A stretch of 47,704 nucleotides of DNA from Parasitella parasitica NRRL 2501. Lineage: Eukaryota; Fungi; Mucoromycota. The DNA lies in assembly GCA_025201805.1 (NCBI GenBank), contig MU619409.1, forward strand, positions 3,112-50,815, given 5' to 3'. The notes beneath the pieces are model-generated. The model was not told where the DNA came from, searched no databases, and saw nothing but the letters and a program-made list of their open reading frames with translations. The translations under genes and the position numbers were made by a program. The number at the start of each line of letters is the position of its first letter. Within the stretch, counting starts at the first letter, position 1. Below are positions 1-12,581 of this stretch, piece by piece.

Positions 1-1260
1 GCAAGCAGGAGACAGAAAGAAGGCAGAAATAAAACAGTGTAATAGCAATTGGCAAGGAATTTTGTGACGGAGGATCAGTTGCCCTGGGCCAGCACAAAGT
101 GCGATATGATTTTGTAGAGAATTCAGTTCAACAATGCCCAGTGCCGTTGGAAAAACATATATATTGATAAACAAAATAAACAAGGTGGTATGGACCACAG
201 TATGATCATCTACTGGCAGAAAGATAGTAGCTTGAGACAATTCAGTTTACCCAGTGCCAAGTACCATTTTGCAAAATTGAAATAAACAGAGAATTCAAAA
301 GATTGCTTTATTGGACAAAGGCAGAGATCGTGATCAGTGATCATGATGTAAGCAATGAAGCTAGATAACTGGGCCAGTAAGCCGAGTTGAGAGATGAAGA
401 AATCGTATCGATATTGGTATTATGAGCAAGTTCAATATGAGGCTGATTGGAGGGAAGCTTGGACATGACGCTCGCGTCCTTGTGCAAACCTCTTGTAATG
501 ACTTTAGGCCATGATTTTTTCGGATTGTTGAAGGACATCGAGCCCTCTCAAGCTACAGCTGGCAGGGCTTGTGCAAAATCATGTCCAAGAACAACTGGAA
601 TGCCGCCAATAGGCTTGGTCTACCGTTTCAAAATACTTTTTTCGTCTTGAAGAGGAACCTCTCATCCGAAGTAAGCAAGTTAACCCTGCGCCGAAAATCA
701 GCAATGTCGTCTTGCATCGAGAAAGAGCATATCGAGTCGGAGAACAGCGACGAAGGGATCTTGAATAAAAAGTGAAAGGGCAACAACAAAGCAGCGATTG
801 CGGAAGATACAATACATGCGACGATCTTGGCTTCACTTCTCAAGTACCTGCAAAGAAGGTTGTATGAAAAGTCTTTTCCGGTTCCTCCAGTTCTGTTGAT
901 GAAAAATTGAGCGCAGCCATTGCTGAAAGAGATGTCATTTAGAAGAACGAATAGGAGCTTCCACTGCCGTTATTACGGTATGGACAGCATTTTTGCTGAT
1001 CCTCGTTTAGCTTTTCGTATTTTTGCTGAAACAAAGCACCTCCCAAAGTTGCATCCCGAGAGAATATCTTGAGAAGAAACTTGTTTGATTTACGCACTGC
1101 TTCCTTGGTGTGGCTCAAGAGGCTGTCTCGATCAGCACCAAAATTTGGCAAGTGGCAAGTACTGTACCTTGGGCCTTTTCCTTTGAGTTTCAATTTTCTT
1201 GGGAGGGAGTCTTATGCTTTAATATATTGTAGACAAGATGCTTCACCAACATCCCCCATT
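1..1260 (-). pseudogene. Degenerate L1-like non-LTR retrotransposon ORF2 fragment (zf-RVT region), running off the window start
   Basis: Manual minus-strand translation of 1-75 gives ILRHKIPCQLLLHCFISAFFLSPAC, resembling the zf-RVT segment FINNCIPHQSLLQRIFPTVHTSSLC of the LINE at 37742-40423. The remainder is broken by stops and frameshifts, so the right boundary is approximate. Confidence 0.45.
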
Positions 1261-1486
1261 CTGATCTTTCGTAATCATTGAATAAGCTTAAACCTGTTGT
1301 ACCAGTGGGCACAGCAGACGATTGTATATGACAATAAAAATGAAAACGTCATAAAGACTTCATTAGCCAGATATAAAATCATTGTTTTTATTGATTGATA
1401 TGTAGTTGTCTATTTACACGTTTTAGAGTAAATCTACATGATTCAATCTATAAACACAGTCAGGTGAAAGGATATGATAATCAAAA

Positions 1487-2931
1487 TTACAACTTGGCTT
1501 CCAAGAATTCAGCTCTGTTTTTCTGTTTGGAAGCAGCCTTGTTGTAGTCTTCTTGAGTAATATGTCTTGCTTCAACAGCAGGATTGTAACCCACATGAGG
1601 CTGACAGGAGCCTTGAGTAGCCTTCTTGTAGATGGTGACAACGACAGCACCGCCTAAACCAACATTGTGTTGAAGAGCATAATTGACATTGGCAACTTGA
1701 CGATCGCCAGTCCAGTTTCGCAATTGCCAGACCAGCTCGGTACATTGAGCAAGACCAGTGGCACCGAGAGGGTGGCCCTTTGAAATAAGCCCACCGGACG
1801 GATTAATAACGTATTTACCACCATAGGTATTATCGCCTGAATCGATCAAAGTATGAGCTTTGCCTTGCGGAGTCAAGCCAAGACTGTCGTAAGTCAAAAG
1901 TTCATTGGCAGAGAAACAATCATGAAGCTCGATGACTTGGACGTCGTTGGGAGTGATTCCAGCCTTTTGATAGGCTTGAGCGGCTGCACGACGAGTCATG
2001 TCACAGCCAGCCCACTCAATAGCATCGGTGGTCAGCATACGAGGAGAGTCGGTAGCCATGACCTGAGCAACAATCTCCACAGCCTGATCCCACAAGTTGT
2101 GTTTCTTGACAAACGCTTCGCTTGCGACAATAGAGCAGCCAGCGCCGTCAGAAGTGGGGCAGCACTGCAGTTTTGTAAGAGGACCGTATACTTTGGGTGC
2201 CTGTTCAACCTGTTCTAAAGAATAAATGTCCCTGAACTGAGAGTACGGATTGCGAGCACTGTGGCGATGATTCTTTTCGGCAATTTTAGCCAAGTGCTGG
2301 GGTGTAGCGCCGTACTTTTCCATGTAAGCAATGCCGGCGTTACCAAAAATCTGGGCAGCACCAGGAGCTTTGGGATCAAAGCCTTTTTCCTGCATCATGA
2401 CCATCATTACATGGTCTTTATATAATCAGTTAGCAGGGTTGGATGAGAAAATAATGCCATGCAATCGTTTTTTTTTTGTTTTACCAAGAGGGTTTGTGCG
2501 ATCTGAGAAAGTCGAAGAAAGAGAGCCTCTAGCCATTTTCTCGAACCCAAGAGCCATGGCACATTCTACAGTGCCGGAAGCAACTGCGTTGCGTGCCTGA
2601 TAAAGAGCAGTTGAGCCAGTGGAGCAGTTGTTGTTGACATTGATGATGGGAATTTGCGTCATTCCCAATTGATACAGGACACGCTGTCCGGCTGTGCTGT
2701 CGCCGTAGACATATCCTACAGAGGCATATTCAACCGCATCGTAAGATACACCGGCATCATTTAGTGCTTTTACAGCTGCCTCAAGGGCAAATTCTGTATG
2801 ATGGATGCTTAGCAATTTCAAAGAACGCCTTTCATGGACTACTTGTTTTTACCTGGATAATCGACCTCTCCGCGAGGTTTGATGAACTTGGACATGCCAA
2901 CACCAATAACGTATACTTTGTTTTGAGTCAT
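1487..2931 (-). CDS. Peroxisomal SCP2-type thiolase (propanoyl-CoA C-acyltransferase-like), 3 exons, no fused SCP2 domain
   Basis: Spliced protein begins [16 protein letters not shown]. It has catalytic [30 protein letters not shown] and [10 protein letters not shown] motifs, and ends in PTS1 -AKL. Introns at ~2794-2853 and ~2417-2484. Confidence 0.93.
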
Positions 2932-3724
2932 TTTTTTGATCAATGTGAAAAAGAAGGAAAAGAAAAGCAAAGGGCAGAAAGATGCTTATAAAGTTCCATT
3001 CAAATGTGGGGAAATTACACCAGCAGTCCATCACATGCGATACAGTGCAACCCTGATCGTAAATTAGGATAATTTGCAATGACAGAAGTGAGGGAGTTCG
3101 AAAGGGGGAGGGGATAGCTTGCATAAACAACTTTTTGATCCAGGTAGATGGATGGCCTGTATGCTTGGCAAAAGACGAGGTACGACTTTACATGTGTATC
3201 TACAAAGGGTCGTATTGAGAAAACTGGTGAAAAGCTTTGTGAGAACTGTTTGCCCGTCAAAATAGTACCAAAAAGTGACAACTAACACGAGTCAGAATTT
3301 ACGGATTTTGGTCGTTCCTTTAACAGATGTCTTTTTGAAAACATTTCTTTAACCTCATCAGCCATATGGATCAGAGCATTGTCTATAGCGATGTGACATA
3401 CGTTAATGTAGTCTGGATGTACCGGCTATTATCTTTATTAAACCCCCTCCCCTCCCCCCCGCCAAGCCCTTCTTTGATCGTTTAAAGCACCATTCAACTC
3501 AATAATAGTTGAATTGTTCCTTCCAGTGCTTGGCATTTGCAGTGTCTGCAAATCAAAACAATCAGTGAGTCTCTGTATTGGGTAGTTTAATTATGTTATT
3601 GTTGACAATCTTAAGAAGCTGCATTGTGGCTTCCAAATTGCTCATGAGTTTAAATCCGAATTTTTTTTCTGCGATGGATATTTTTTTTTTTTTTTTTTTC
3701 AATTATTATTATCTCTGCCCAAAA

Positions 3725-4670
3725 ATGCAAACACAATTTAACACTCGAGGAAACGCCTGGCGAGGCTCGAATCCGTCAAGACAGCTAGACGGATTGTCTC
3801 AAGCACAGGCTCGGCCACTCGAGGCTATGAGTGGACACGAATTAAAAACACAATACGAAAAGATCAGTACTATGCTAATTAACCCGTAAGTATGTTCATG
3901 GCTTAAACAACACACACACACACCATACCAAACACTCGAATAAATAGCAATCTGAAACTGCCTGACGGTGGAGCTAAGCTGAAGGCTAAATTAAAACAAC
4001 TTGAAGCACTGTTAGATGCGCAACAAGTAAATGCTAATGTCATTTCAGACAAAGTGTCAGAATTGTCCTTGCATGAGAAACCCGATGTTCGTAAAGCAAC
4101 GGTACTACGATCCAACCAAACTCAGGTTCATTCTGACAATCTGCTACGAGCTCACCCTACGTCAAACAACTACAAAGCATGCAGTCAAGTGGCACATGTG
4201 AGTTTTGATGCCCTTTTTTTTTATTCTTTTCTCATTTTTATGACTAGAGCACTCAAATGATGAGTCTGGAGGAATCCATGCAACTGCAAGAAGCGCAGCA
4301 AAAGGATATTAAATTGGCAAATATGAGAAAGAAAATACAGTCAATTCGAGGGTCTTCTGCTAGACATACAAGCGAAAGTTTGGCCGACGATTTGTCATTG
4401 ACTATGAATAGGCTGCAATTGGATCCGGAGACTCGTCAGCCTCGCCCAGATGATGACAACCCTGAGGACATGGAAGGAGAGGACGCTGATAATGACGATG
4501 ACGATAACGGTGACGATGACGATGACGATGACACGACGGACTCGGACGAAGATGATGATTTCGATGATGTGGATGGCTACGAAAGATATGACGACGAGGG
4601 CTACGAGGAAGACGACCAAAATGTGTTTGAAGACGGTCAACATCACAACAATAACAATAGACGCTTGTAA
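3725..4670 (+). CDS. Gdown1/GRINL1A (POLR2M)-like protein, 3 exons, acidic C-terminal tail
   Basis: GT-AG introns 3886-3947 and 4198-4247 join in frame to give ...ELKTQYEKISTMLINPNLKLPDGGAKLKAKLKQLE... and ...STQMMSLEESMQLQEAQQK..., matching the Gdown1 LPDKG and L-S-I-EES-x-x-LQ motifs as recalled. Confidence 0.7.
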
Positions 4671-4877
4671 TGTCTGCTGAAAATAAAGGGTTATTCTGCA
4701 TAAATATTGGCTGCTTAAAATTGAACATTGACAAGCGTATTTGGTCCATGTGCCAGCAATTTGTATTTGACAAATGATTGGACCAAATGCGAATTCTACC
4801 ACAGCTACACTTTTACCCACCAAAACAAAGCAAAGCAAAAAAAAAAGCCTTTTCTCTTTTCCATTCCACACTGGGGG

Positions 4878-4913
<36 letters not shown>

Positions 4914-4916
<3 letters not shown>

Positions 4917-5972
4917 AACAGCCGATATCGTGAACGAAAGTACAACACATCAGATAACGATCGCTTATTAAGAGCATTGTCCCAGCCTGTCCAAGCTTGG
5001 TAACGTGCATCTAGCCGAGATAAAAAAAAAACGCGTATTTAAACAGTGAATGTAGGGAGAAGAAATGGACACCGCAAGCCAACTCAAAGACATTTCATAC
5101 CTTTAAATGGGTCAAATGTAAGCGAATTGATACAATTGCGGGCACATTAGCTAACACTGTGTCTCACTGACCCAATAGCTGACAAAGTGATTGAATTTGA
5201 GCAAGATGAAGAGAGTGACGAAGAACCTGAGCCCATGGACACTGACCAGACGCACATTGCAGCAGCTGTTAGTTTGGACACCAAAGCAGAAAGCACCACA
5301 AATCAAGCCGCTGGTAGCACTGGCATTGCTGTCTCAGAAACTGCGATTTCAAAAGACACCGTCGATGGGCAGGAGAAAATCTCTTTGGGTTCTCAGCAAC
5401 CAGAGACCGCATTGAATGCAGCAAGCGATACAGCTACATCAACCACTACAACTCTAGAAAATGCAGCTAAAAAATTAGATGAATCCGCCATCCCCGGAGG
5501 ACCCAGTTCTATTATATCCAACAAGGCACTTTCATCCATCGTTGCTGAGGAAGAAGAGGACGACGACCAGAGATCCCAAACACCAAAATTAGACGATATT
5601 TCTGACGAGGAAAAGACCAACGCAGACGATGATGAGGAGAACGATGTAGACAGCATAAACGATCCCTCCAAACATCCTGCTTTAGCACCCCATGCTCAGG
5701 CCCATATGACAGACGATGATATGACAGACTCGACTGTCGCCACACCTCAAACTACAACCGAAGGAAACACGCCTATGCCCTTGCTAGAGGATGATGCCAT
5801 GGACGAAACGCCAAACACATTGCCTCATCCCCTAAGCCAAGAGATACTGACTGGCACCACTGCTTTCATGAATAATGAAGATACAGCCTCCTTGAACAAC
5901 GACTCTCCTGCAATTCAAACACCTGAAGACCATGTTACTCAACACGAACCAGAGGCAATGGAAGAGCAGTAA
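4914..5972 (+). CDS. BCL7/Rtt102-like SWI/SNF-associated protein, 3 exons, long acidic disordered tail
   Basis: Introns 5000-5055 and 5118-5178 splice to give MNSRYRERKYNTSDNDRLLRALSQPVQAWEKKWTPQANSKTFHTFKWVK, similar to the BCL_N motif (VRKWEKKWV...IYKWVP). Confidence 0.65.
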
Positions 5973-6133
5973 TCTATCTTTTATTTATCAGCATCATCCA
6001 CAACTGATCTTTTTGTTAAATTCTTATATGGTAATAATCCTGGCAGTGTTTCAATAATAATAAAACGGACTCGCCTTTTTTTTTTTTTTTTTNNNNNNNN
6101 NNNNNNNNNNNNNNNNNNNNNNNNNNNCAAAAT

Positions 6134-7908
6134 ATGAAATTCTTGTACAGTAACTTGTACAAGCACTCACACTATCAAAGCAAAATTTCTCCCAACAACT
6201 ACTATGTAGCAAACGTAGTAGATAATCGACTAGTCCTAAGAAAAAACGACCAAGACCTGATGGTTCTTCAAGTGCACGAAACACGCCGACCGATTGACTA
6301 TGTACAATGGGCACCTGATTCGCAATACATATTGTGCGTCAATTACGAAAATTGTAGAGTAGACGTGCGATCAGTCACTGATTCCAAGTGGCAGGCCTCT
6401 ATTTCAGACAAAACATTTCCATTTGTGCGAGTCAAATGGAGCCCTGATTCAAAAAATATCATATGCGTAGCTGAACTTGGGGTAGTATCAAATTAACAGC
6501 AATACGAATATCTGTGCTGAACCCCGCTATTTTAGCTAAGAATTGCTATATGGAACTTGTCCACCACAGTCATGAAATTCATAAACCATGCAAAATATTC
6601 AGAGAAAGGTTTCAACTTTTCCAGCAAAAAAACAAATGAACATTTGTTTGACTTTTTTTTTCGTTTTAGGGATTGAAACAAGTCCAAACGGCGAACACAC
6701 TGCCATAATAGAAAAATACGACGGAAAGGATTATGTTAGCATATATCATGCCAATTCGTTCATTTTGTTACAGGTAAACATGCTCTGTGAGCTTGGGCTA
6801 ATGTCGAATGACCTAACAAACAGCATAGCGATTTGAATTGGATACAGTGGATGTGGAAAATATAAAATGGTCTCCAAACAGCATGTATATCGCAGCTTGG
6901 GATGCTTGTCTTTATGTAACTATGAAATCAGTGAGGAAAACAAGCAATTCTAATCCTTTTCCGTAGCATAAACTATCAGTGTACCGTCAGGATGGGGCTC
7001 TCATCAAATCTTATTCTGGATATGAGTATGGTTTAGGCATAAAATCTGTCCATTGGAGCCCTACTAGTCAAATCATTGCTCTGGGCAATTTTGATGATAC
7101 GGTAAGCCCCGATTATTTTCATATGGAATATACCGAAAAATCTCAACGACCAATTAGATACATGTTTTATCCACATTGTCATGGCAACTGGTTGGAACCT
7201 TACGGCATCCAACCACACTAGGTGCATCAACAGAGACGGTAAATACATTTTCACCGGAAGCACATATTAATGAAAATGACGTTTACAGTGCCTCTGTCTT
7301 GTAGAATATCTTTGAGGAAACGGTGTCACAAAGGCCAGAAGTTTCGACATTTCCTACCAGCAATATATATTGTAAATGCAAGAACGAACGTATACACTGT
7401 GGCTATTTTCTCACTATTGAACTAGATCGACATGCTTTGAAACGTCCGTTCAATATTCCAGCACGTAGAGTAGACTACAACGAGTTCGATCCTAAAGTTG
7501 GCATTGGATCATTTTCCTTTAGTTCTGACGGATTGTACATTTGTAGTAAGAGCGATTTGATGCCGTCTGTGGTGTGGATTTGGCAACTGTCTACTCTAAA
7601 ATGCATACACTTGTTGGTATTCAAAAATCCCATCAAACAAGCCATGTGGAATCCAGCGCAGGATCATTCGCTGGCTTTGACATGCAATGATAAAAATATC
7701 CATTTTATTGAGTTGACAGTCGAGAATGAGGGAATTGATGCGATGCCAATGACGGTGCCAACAGGTAAGTCAGTGGTGATAACTTGCAGCCTTTCATTTG
7801 ACATTTGACATAGATGACTTTTCAATCAAACAATTTAAATGGAGTCGTAAGGGAGATACCATGTTGCTTTTAGATCAGGATTTGTTTTGTTTGGCAATGA
7901 CTCAGTAA
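6134..7908 (+). CDS. WRAP73: WD40-repeat protein WRAP73/WDR8 (spindle-pole/centrosome factor), multi-exon
   Basis: WD repeats with family-typical segments VKWSPDSKNIICVAELG-LRIAIWNL, GKDYVSIY, YEYGLGIKSVHWSP, PKVGIGSFSFSSDG and MPSVVWIWQL. Many short GT-AG introns; stop TAA at 7906-7908. Confidence 0.85.
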
Positions 7909-8811
7909 AATATGTTTTCTTGGCAACGCTATGAGTTGCAAAGATTTATATTGATCTACAGCCTGTGCCTGAAAATGAAACGCATTGGCCTAGAGTTTAA
8001 TGCCCTTGTGATATATAATTTTCACCATTAGTATTCATGAATTAGTTTTTTGTATGTTTCTGTGATTACAGCAACACTTTGAAGTTTGATTGGGCAGCCA
8101 CATCTTTTGTTCAGTATGAAGAATTAGAGTCCTGTTCACAGCTATGTACGGTAGGTCGCTTCTGCCATTGTGTGCTCATTTAAAGCCCTCAAGTGACTCG
8201 AAGGATGTGTCTCACCCAAAGTATTTAATCAAGCCCACTACACGGTACTTTTTTGACCTTTGGGTAATCAATTTAATACAATCTAGAGACCTAAAACATG
8301 TCGACATCATTGAGAAGCTCTTGATGCTATGATTTACACTTTTTTTTTTTTTNNNNNNNNNNNNNNNNNNNNNNNNNNNNNNNNNNNNNNNNNNNNNNNN
8401 NNTGACTCTCTCTTGCTAAGAAGCTATTTCTTTCGCTTCATAAATACTCACGCAAATGTTTCATAAATATCGAATATTTGGTAACGCAAATAAAAAAAAG
8501 TTGGCAAGGTAAGCAAATATGCACAAAATGGATTTAAGCTTTAATTGCCATACAAACGGAAAAAAAAAGTATTCGTAATGGGATTATTGCACACAAAAGT
8601 TGTATATATTCGCCCGATTCTTCATCTACTGCTTTGCGTCTAATTTTGCTATCGGAATAGTTTTCATCTGCAAAACACCAGTCTGGCAATAAGGTTGAAG
8701 GGGCGGGAGAAAGCATGCTTTTTTCACCGTTCCACGTGCACATTCAAAAATGACGAATTAAAAGAAATCCAAAAGATAAAAAGGAGACTTGCTGTTATTT
8801 AGCGATAAATA

Positions 8812-9978
8812 ATGGGACAATCATCATCAGTATCTAATACCAACACAGCACCATCTTCAAGACATGACAATGCATCTACCCGGACATTACACTCAACCTC
8901 TATCCGTTCACAAAGGCCAGTCTCCTTCTTTAGACGAATATCTAACCGACTTCAAGCAACACATCCTGCACGCAGATTTGGGATACCTAGTCGGCACAAC
9001 CAACAAACTACTTCAGCGTCTTCGACAACATCCAGTGTCCGTCGAGCAACGCAAGAAGCAACAAGGCAAGCAGCAGCAGCAACTGGGCCACCGACTAATT
9101 TTCTGATACAGTCATCTTCCCTATCGCCAACGCCCTCACCTCCACCTGTACCTCTGAATAGTAGTAGAAACAGCATCATGTCGTCAGATACTCATACAAA
9201 CGATCAGTTGCCATCTGCAGCATTCAGAGATAATAACAGCGTTTACTCGTCAAGTCATGAGTCTCAACGAGGTAATTCATTCCAAAGATACCTGCAAGCA
9301 CCACTTAGAATGCAGGACACTCCACCACAGTCTTCAGCGTCATCTGCTACATCGAGAAGAATGCATATACTAGTTATAGAGTACCGCACTAACAATAGCA
9401 ACAGCATCAACAGCATCAACAGCAACAACAGCATACCAGAAGACACTACAGCTCCATTAACACCACCTCCTACATATAGATTCTTGGGACTACGACGACC
9501 AAGATCACAAGTATCTACCACATCGTCCACAGAAACCATTCGGTCCATGCCCTTATCCATGAACTCTGCACAAACAAATATTCGCAATGCATCTCAAGCA
9601 CAGCAAGAAGGCCAATGGATTGTCTATGTATTGAATAGCAACAATCTCAATAGCAATAGTGCACCACTACAAACTTTATCTTCTCCGTTCGCTCTTGACG
9701 ATAATCCGTCGTATGAAGATTTACTCTGGTTGACCAATATGCTGGGGCCTGCGAGACCCAGTACAACAACCCAAGCAGCAGTAGATGAGGCAATTCCAGT
9801 GACACAATGGTCAAGCGAAATCAAAGATGACCAATGCCTTGTGTGTCTCGATGAATTTGCCGTCAAGCAGCCAGTTCGAGTCTTGAAATGTCATCATGTT
9901 TTCCATCGAGAATGTGTGGATCGTTGGTTGTGTGAGGCACATAATTCGTGTCCTGTATGTCGTGGTGTTCCGGTATAA
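8812..9978 (+). CDS. RING-H2 E3 ubiquitin ligase with predicted N-myristoylation
   Basis: C-terminal CLVC...C-H-H-VFH-RECVDRWL...CPVCR RING-H2, preceded by SYEDLLWL..LGPARP. N-terminus MGQSSS. Intronless 388-aa ORF. Confidence 0.9.
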   Translation: MGQSSSVSNTNTAPSSRHDNASTRTLHSTSIRSQRPVSFFRRISNRLQATHPARRFGIPSRHNQQTTSASSTTSSVRRATQEATRQAAAATGPPTNFLIQSSSLSPTPSPPPVPLNSSRNSIMSSDTHTNDQLPSAAFRDNNSVYSSSHESQRGNSFQRYLQAPLRMQDTPPQSSASSATSRRMHILVIEYRTNNSNSINSINSNNSIPEDTTAPLTPPPTYRFLGLRRPRSQVSTTSSTETIRSMPLSMNSAQTNIRNASQAQQEGQWIVYVLNSNNLNSNSAPLQTLSSPFALDDNPSYEDLLWLTNMLGPARPSTTTQAAVDEAIPVTQWSSEIKDDQCLVCLDEFAVKQPVRVLKCHHVFHRECVDRWLCEAHNSCPVCRGVPV

Positions 9979-10505
9979 AGGTATTTCCTTTGACATCATT
10001 TGAAATGAATCCAATCAAATGTGCCAGACCCAAACAATTAACCTTGTTTCTATTAAAGCTATATCGTATAATTACCAATACCGTATCTGTGTCATGGAAC
10101 AAGGTTGCCATGGTGACCGTACCTGAACAATTCCCAAGCGATATTCCAAGTTTTTCTTTTTTTTTTGTTTTTTTTTTTTTAGCATCCTATTTTTCACTCA
10201 AAGTCCTTCATCTATTCATAAATTGTCATATAAAAACATGAATTTAATTAAATCCTGCTAATCGTGTGAACCAACCAAAACCAACCAACCCCCACATTAT
10301 TTTTGTCCATCAGAGCCAATTGAAACATTTGAACCTTCTTTATATTTTATATCTCAAAAAGGAAAAAGAAGAATACTCATGTGAAATCATGAAACCCACT
10401 TTTTTTTTTTTGGTATAAAAAAGAAAAGGGCAAGTAGGAAAAATCTCTTTTCACTTCACCCTTCCTTTACTTTTTACTATACAACAGTTAGTTAGTTAAC
10501 CAAAA

Positions 10506-12045
10506 ATGACTATTTCAAATCAACCCAAAGTATTAAATACAGACAACATGAACCCACTCATCAAGAACGTAGAGTATGCTGTTCGTGGTCGTTTGGCCAT
10601 AAGGGCAGAGGAAATCCGCACCGACATTGAGAAAGGCACAAAGTATCCATTTGACAAAGTGGTCAACTGTAATATTGGTAACCCTCAACAGTTGAACCAA
10701 ACACCCATTTCGTTCTTCCGCCAAGTTGCCTCTCTATGCGACAACCCCGATTTGTTGAAGCAGGAACATCGTTCTCTTGTGTCTCAATTGTATCCTCTAG
10801 ACGCCATTTCCCGTGCAGAGACCCTGCTGGCATCCATTGGAAGCGTTGGTGCTTATTCTCATTCCCAAGGCGTGCCTCATATCCGAGATACAGTAGCCAA
10901 GTTTATCGAGGAACGCGATGGCTACCCAGCAGATCCCAATCACATCTATCTTACTCAAGGCGCTTCTGCAGGCGTGCAGACTCTTTTGAGCATGTTGACC
11001 GAAAACGAAAAATCCGGCATCATGATTCCTATTCCTCAATACCCTCTTTATTCAGCCACGCTGTCTCTCTACGGCGCAACGCCGGTGCATTATTATCTCG
11101 ATGAATCAACTGGCTGGAGTCTGGACGTGAAGCAGCTGACGCAAGTAGTAACTAGTGCACGCAAGCAAGGAACAGATGTGAGGGCTTTGGTCATTATCAA
11201 CCCTGGCAACCCCACCGGCCAGTGTCTGGATGCTGAAAATTTGCAAGAGATTGCTTCATTTTGCTACAAAGAAAGATTGGTGCTGCTGGCTGACGAAGTG
11301 TATCAGACAAATATTTACGAACCAGAGCTACGCCCCTTTATTAGTTTCAAGAAGGCATTGATGGGCCATCCCGATGCAGAGGTAAGGCAAGGGGTAGAGT
11401 TGGTTTCGTTCCACTCCATCTCCAAAGGTATGGTTGGCGAGTGTGGTCGTCGTGGCGGCTATTTTGAGTGCGTCAACTTGGACCAAGGCATACTGGATCA
11501 AATATACAAGATGGCGTCTGTTTCGCTATGTCCCAACTTGCATGGCCAAATCCTGGTGGATCTCATGTGTAACCCTCCACGTCTCGGGGACCCTTCCTAT
11601 GAGTCATACACGGCAGAAATTAAAACCATTTACGATTCCTTGCGCCGTCGATCCACAAAATTAGAGGCTTGCTTCAACCGTCTGGAGGGCGTGAGCTGTG
11701 AGCCGGCTCAAGGCGCCATGTACTTGTTTCCTAAAGTCACTCTTTCCAACAAGGCCGTTCAAGAGGCTGCAAAGGCCGACGTTGCTCCTGATGCTTACTA
11801 CTCTCATGCCATGCTGGAAGCGACTGGTGTTTGCGTCGTTCCTGGTAAGTTATTTTTCCCACGCTAGGGTGTTGCACTGCAGAAACTAACTCTCTGAAAA
11901 AAAAAACACAGGTTCTGGTTTCGGCCAGCAAGATAATACATGGCACTTTAGGTCGACCTTTTTGCCCGAGGAGCATTTGTTTGACCAGTTTTGTGCAGAT
12001 CTCGAAGCATTCCACTGCAAATTCCTCAAAGACCATAGAGATTAA
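10506..12045 (+). CDS. ALT1: Alanine aminotransferase (PLP-dependent), 2 exons
   Basis: Motifs VEYAVRG, CNIGNPQQL, GAYSHSQG, INPGNPTGQ, LADEVYQ and PLP-lysine SFHSISKG..GECGRRGG. Intron ~11846-11911, then GSGFGQQDNTWHFRSTFLP. Confidence 0.95.
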
Positions 12046-12581
12046 TCCGTTATATCGTATTTATTATCAGCATCTTGTTGTATACATTAAATGAACTTGC
12101 AAAGCTGTCAAGTTTATTGCATATGCATCCCCCAAGTGGCATGTCATGCAAAATAAACCCGAGCATATATGTATGGCTTCTACGGGTTCTTTAGCCCACT
12201 AACTAGTACGGTATTAAAGCTGACACTCAATAGTCTACCACTTTTTAAAAGCGTCTAAATCGCACTGCCAAACACTGTATCAAATTTGCAGACTAGGAAA
12301 GCGCGTGATAGGCACTACTGCATGTACTGTACCGTATCTGTTTGCGCAAAATTTTACCTTGATGGCTCGCAGCCTCGAAGCAGTCCGAAGATCTGCATAC
12401 CAATGAACTCTCGCACGGGATCGTGTTGAGAAGCAGGCCACTGAGTCGAGACGACTTGAGGCGTTTATACGCAGAAGCTCGAGGCTATAATCTGTGCCGA
12501 GATTTTGTTTACTTGAGTCTGCAAGCCATCTCGTGCTGTTTGTTTAAAAGATCCTTCCTTCACTGCAAAATGCCATTGGGT

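Noticed and set aside
4395-4871. Hydrophobic minus-strand ORFs (also 15925-16200 and 17126-17625)
   Set aside because: Artefacts of antisense GAT/GAC, CAG/AGC and poly-T repeats.
12207-12336. TACGGTA...TACCGTA as MITE termini
   Set aside because: The inverted match is only 7 bp and does not extend.
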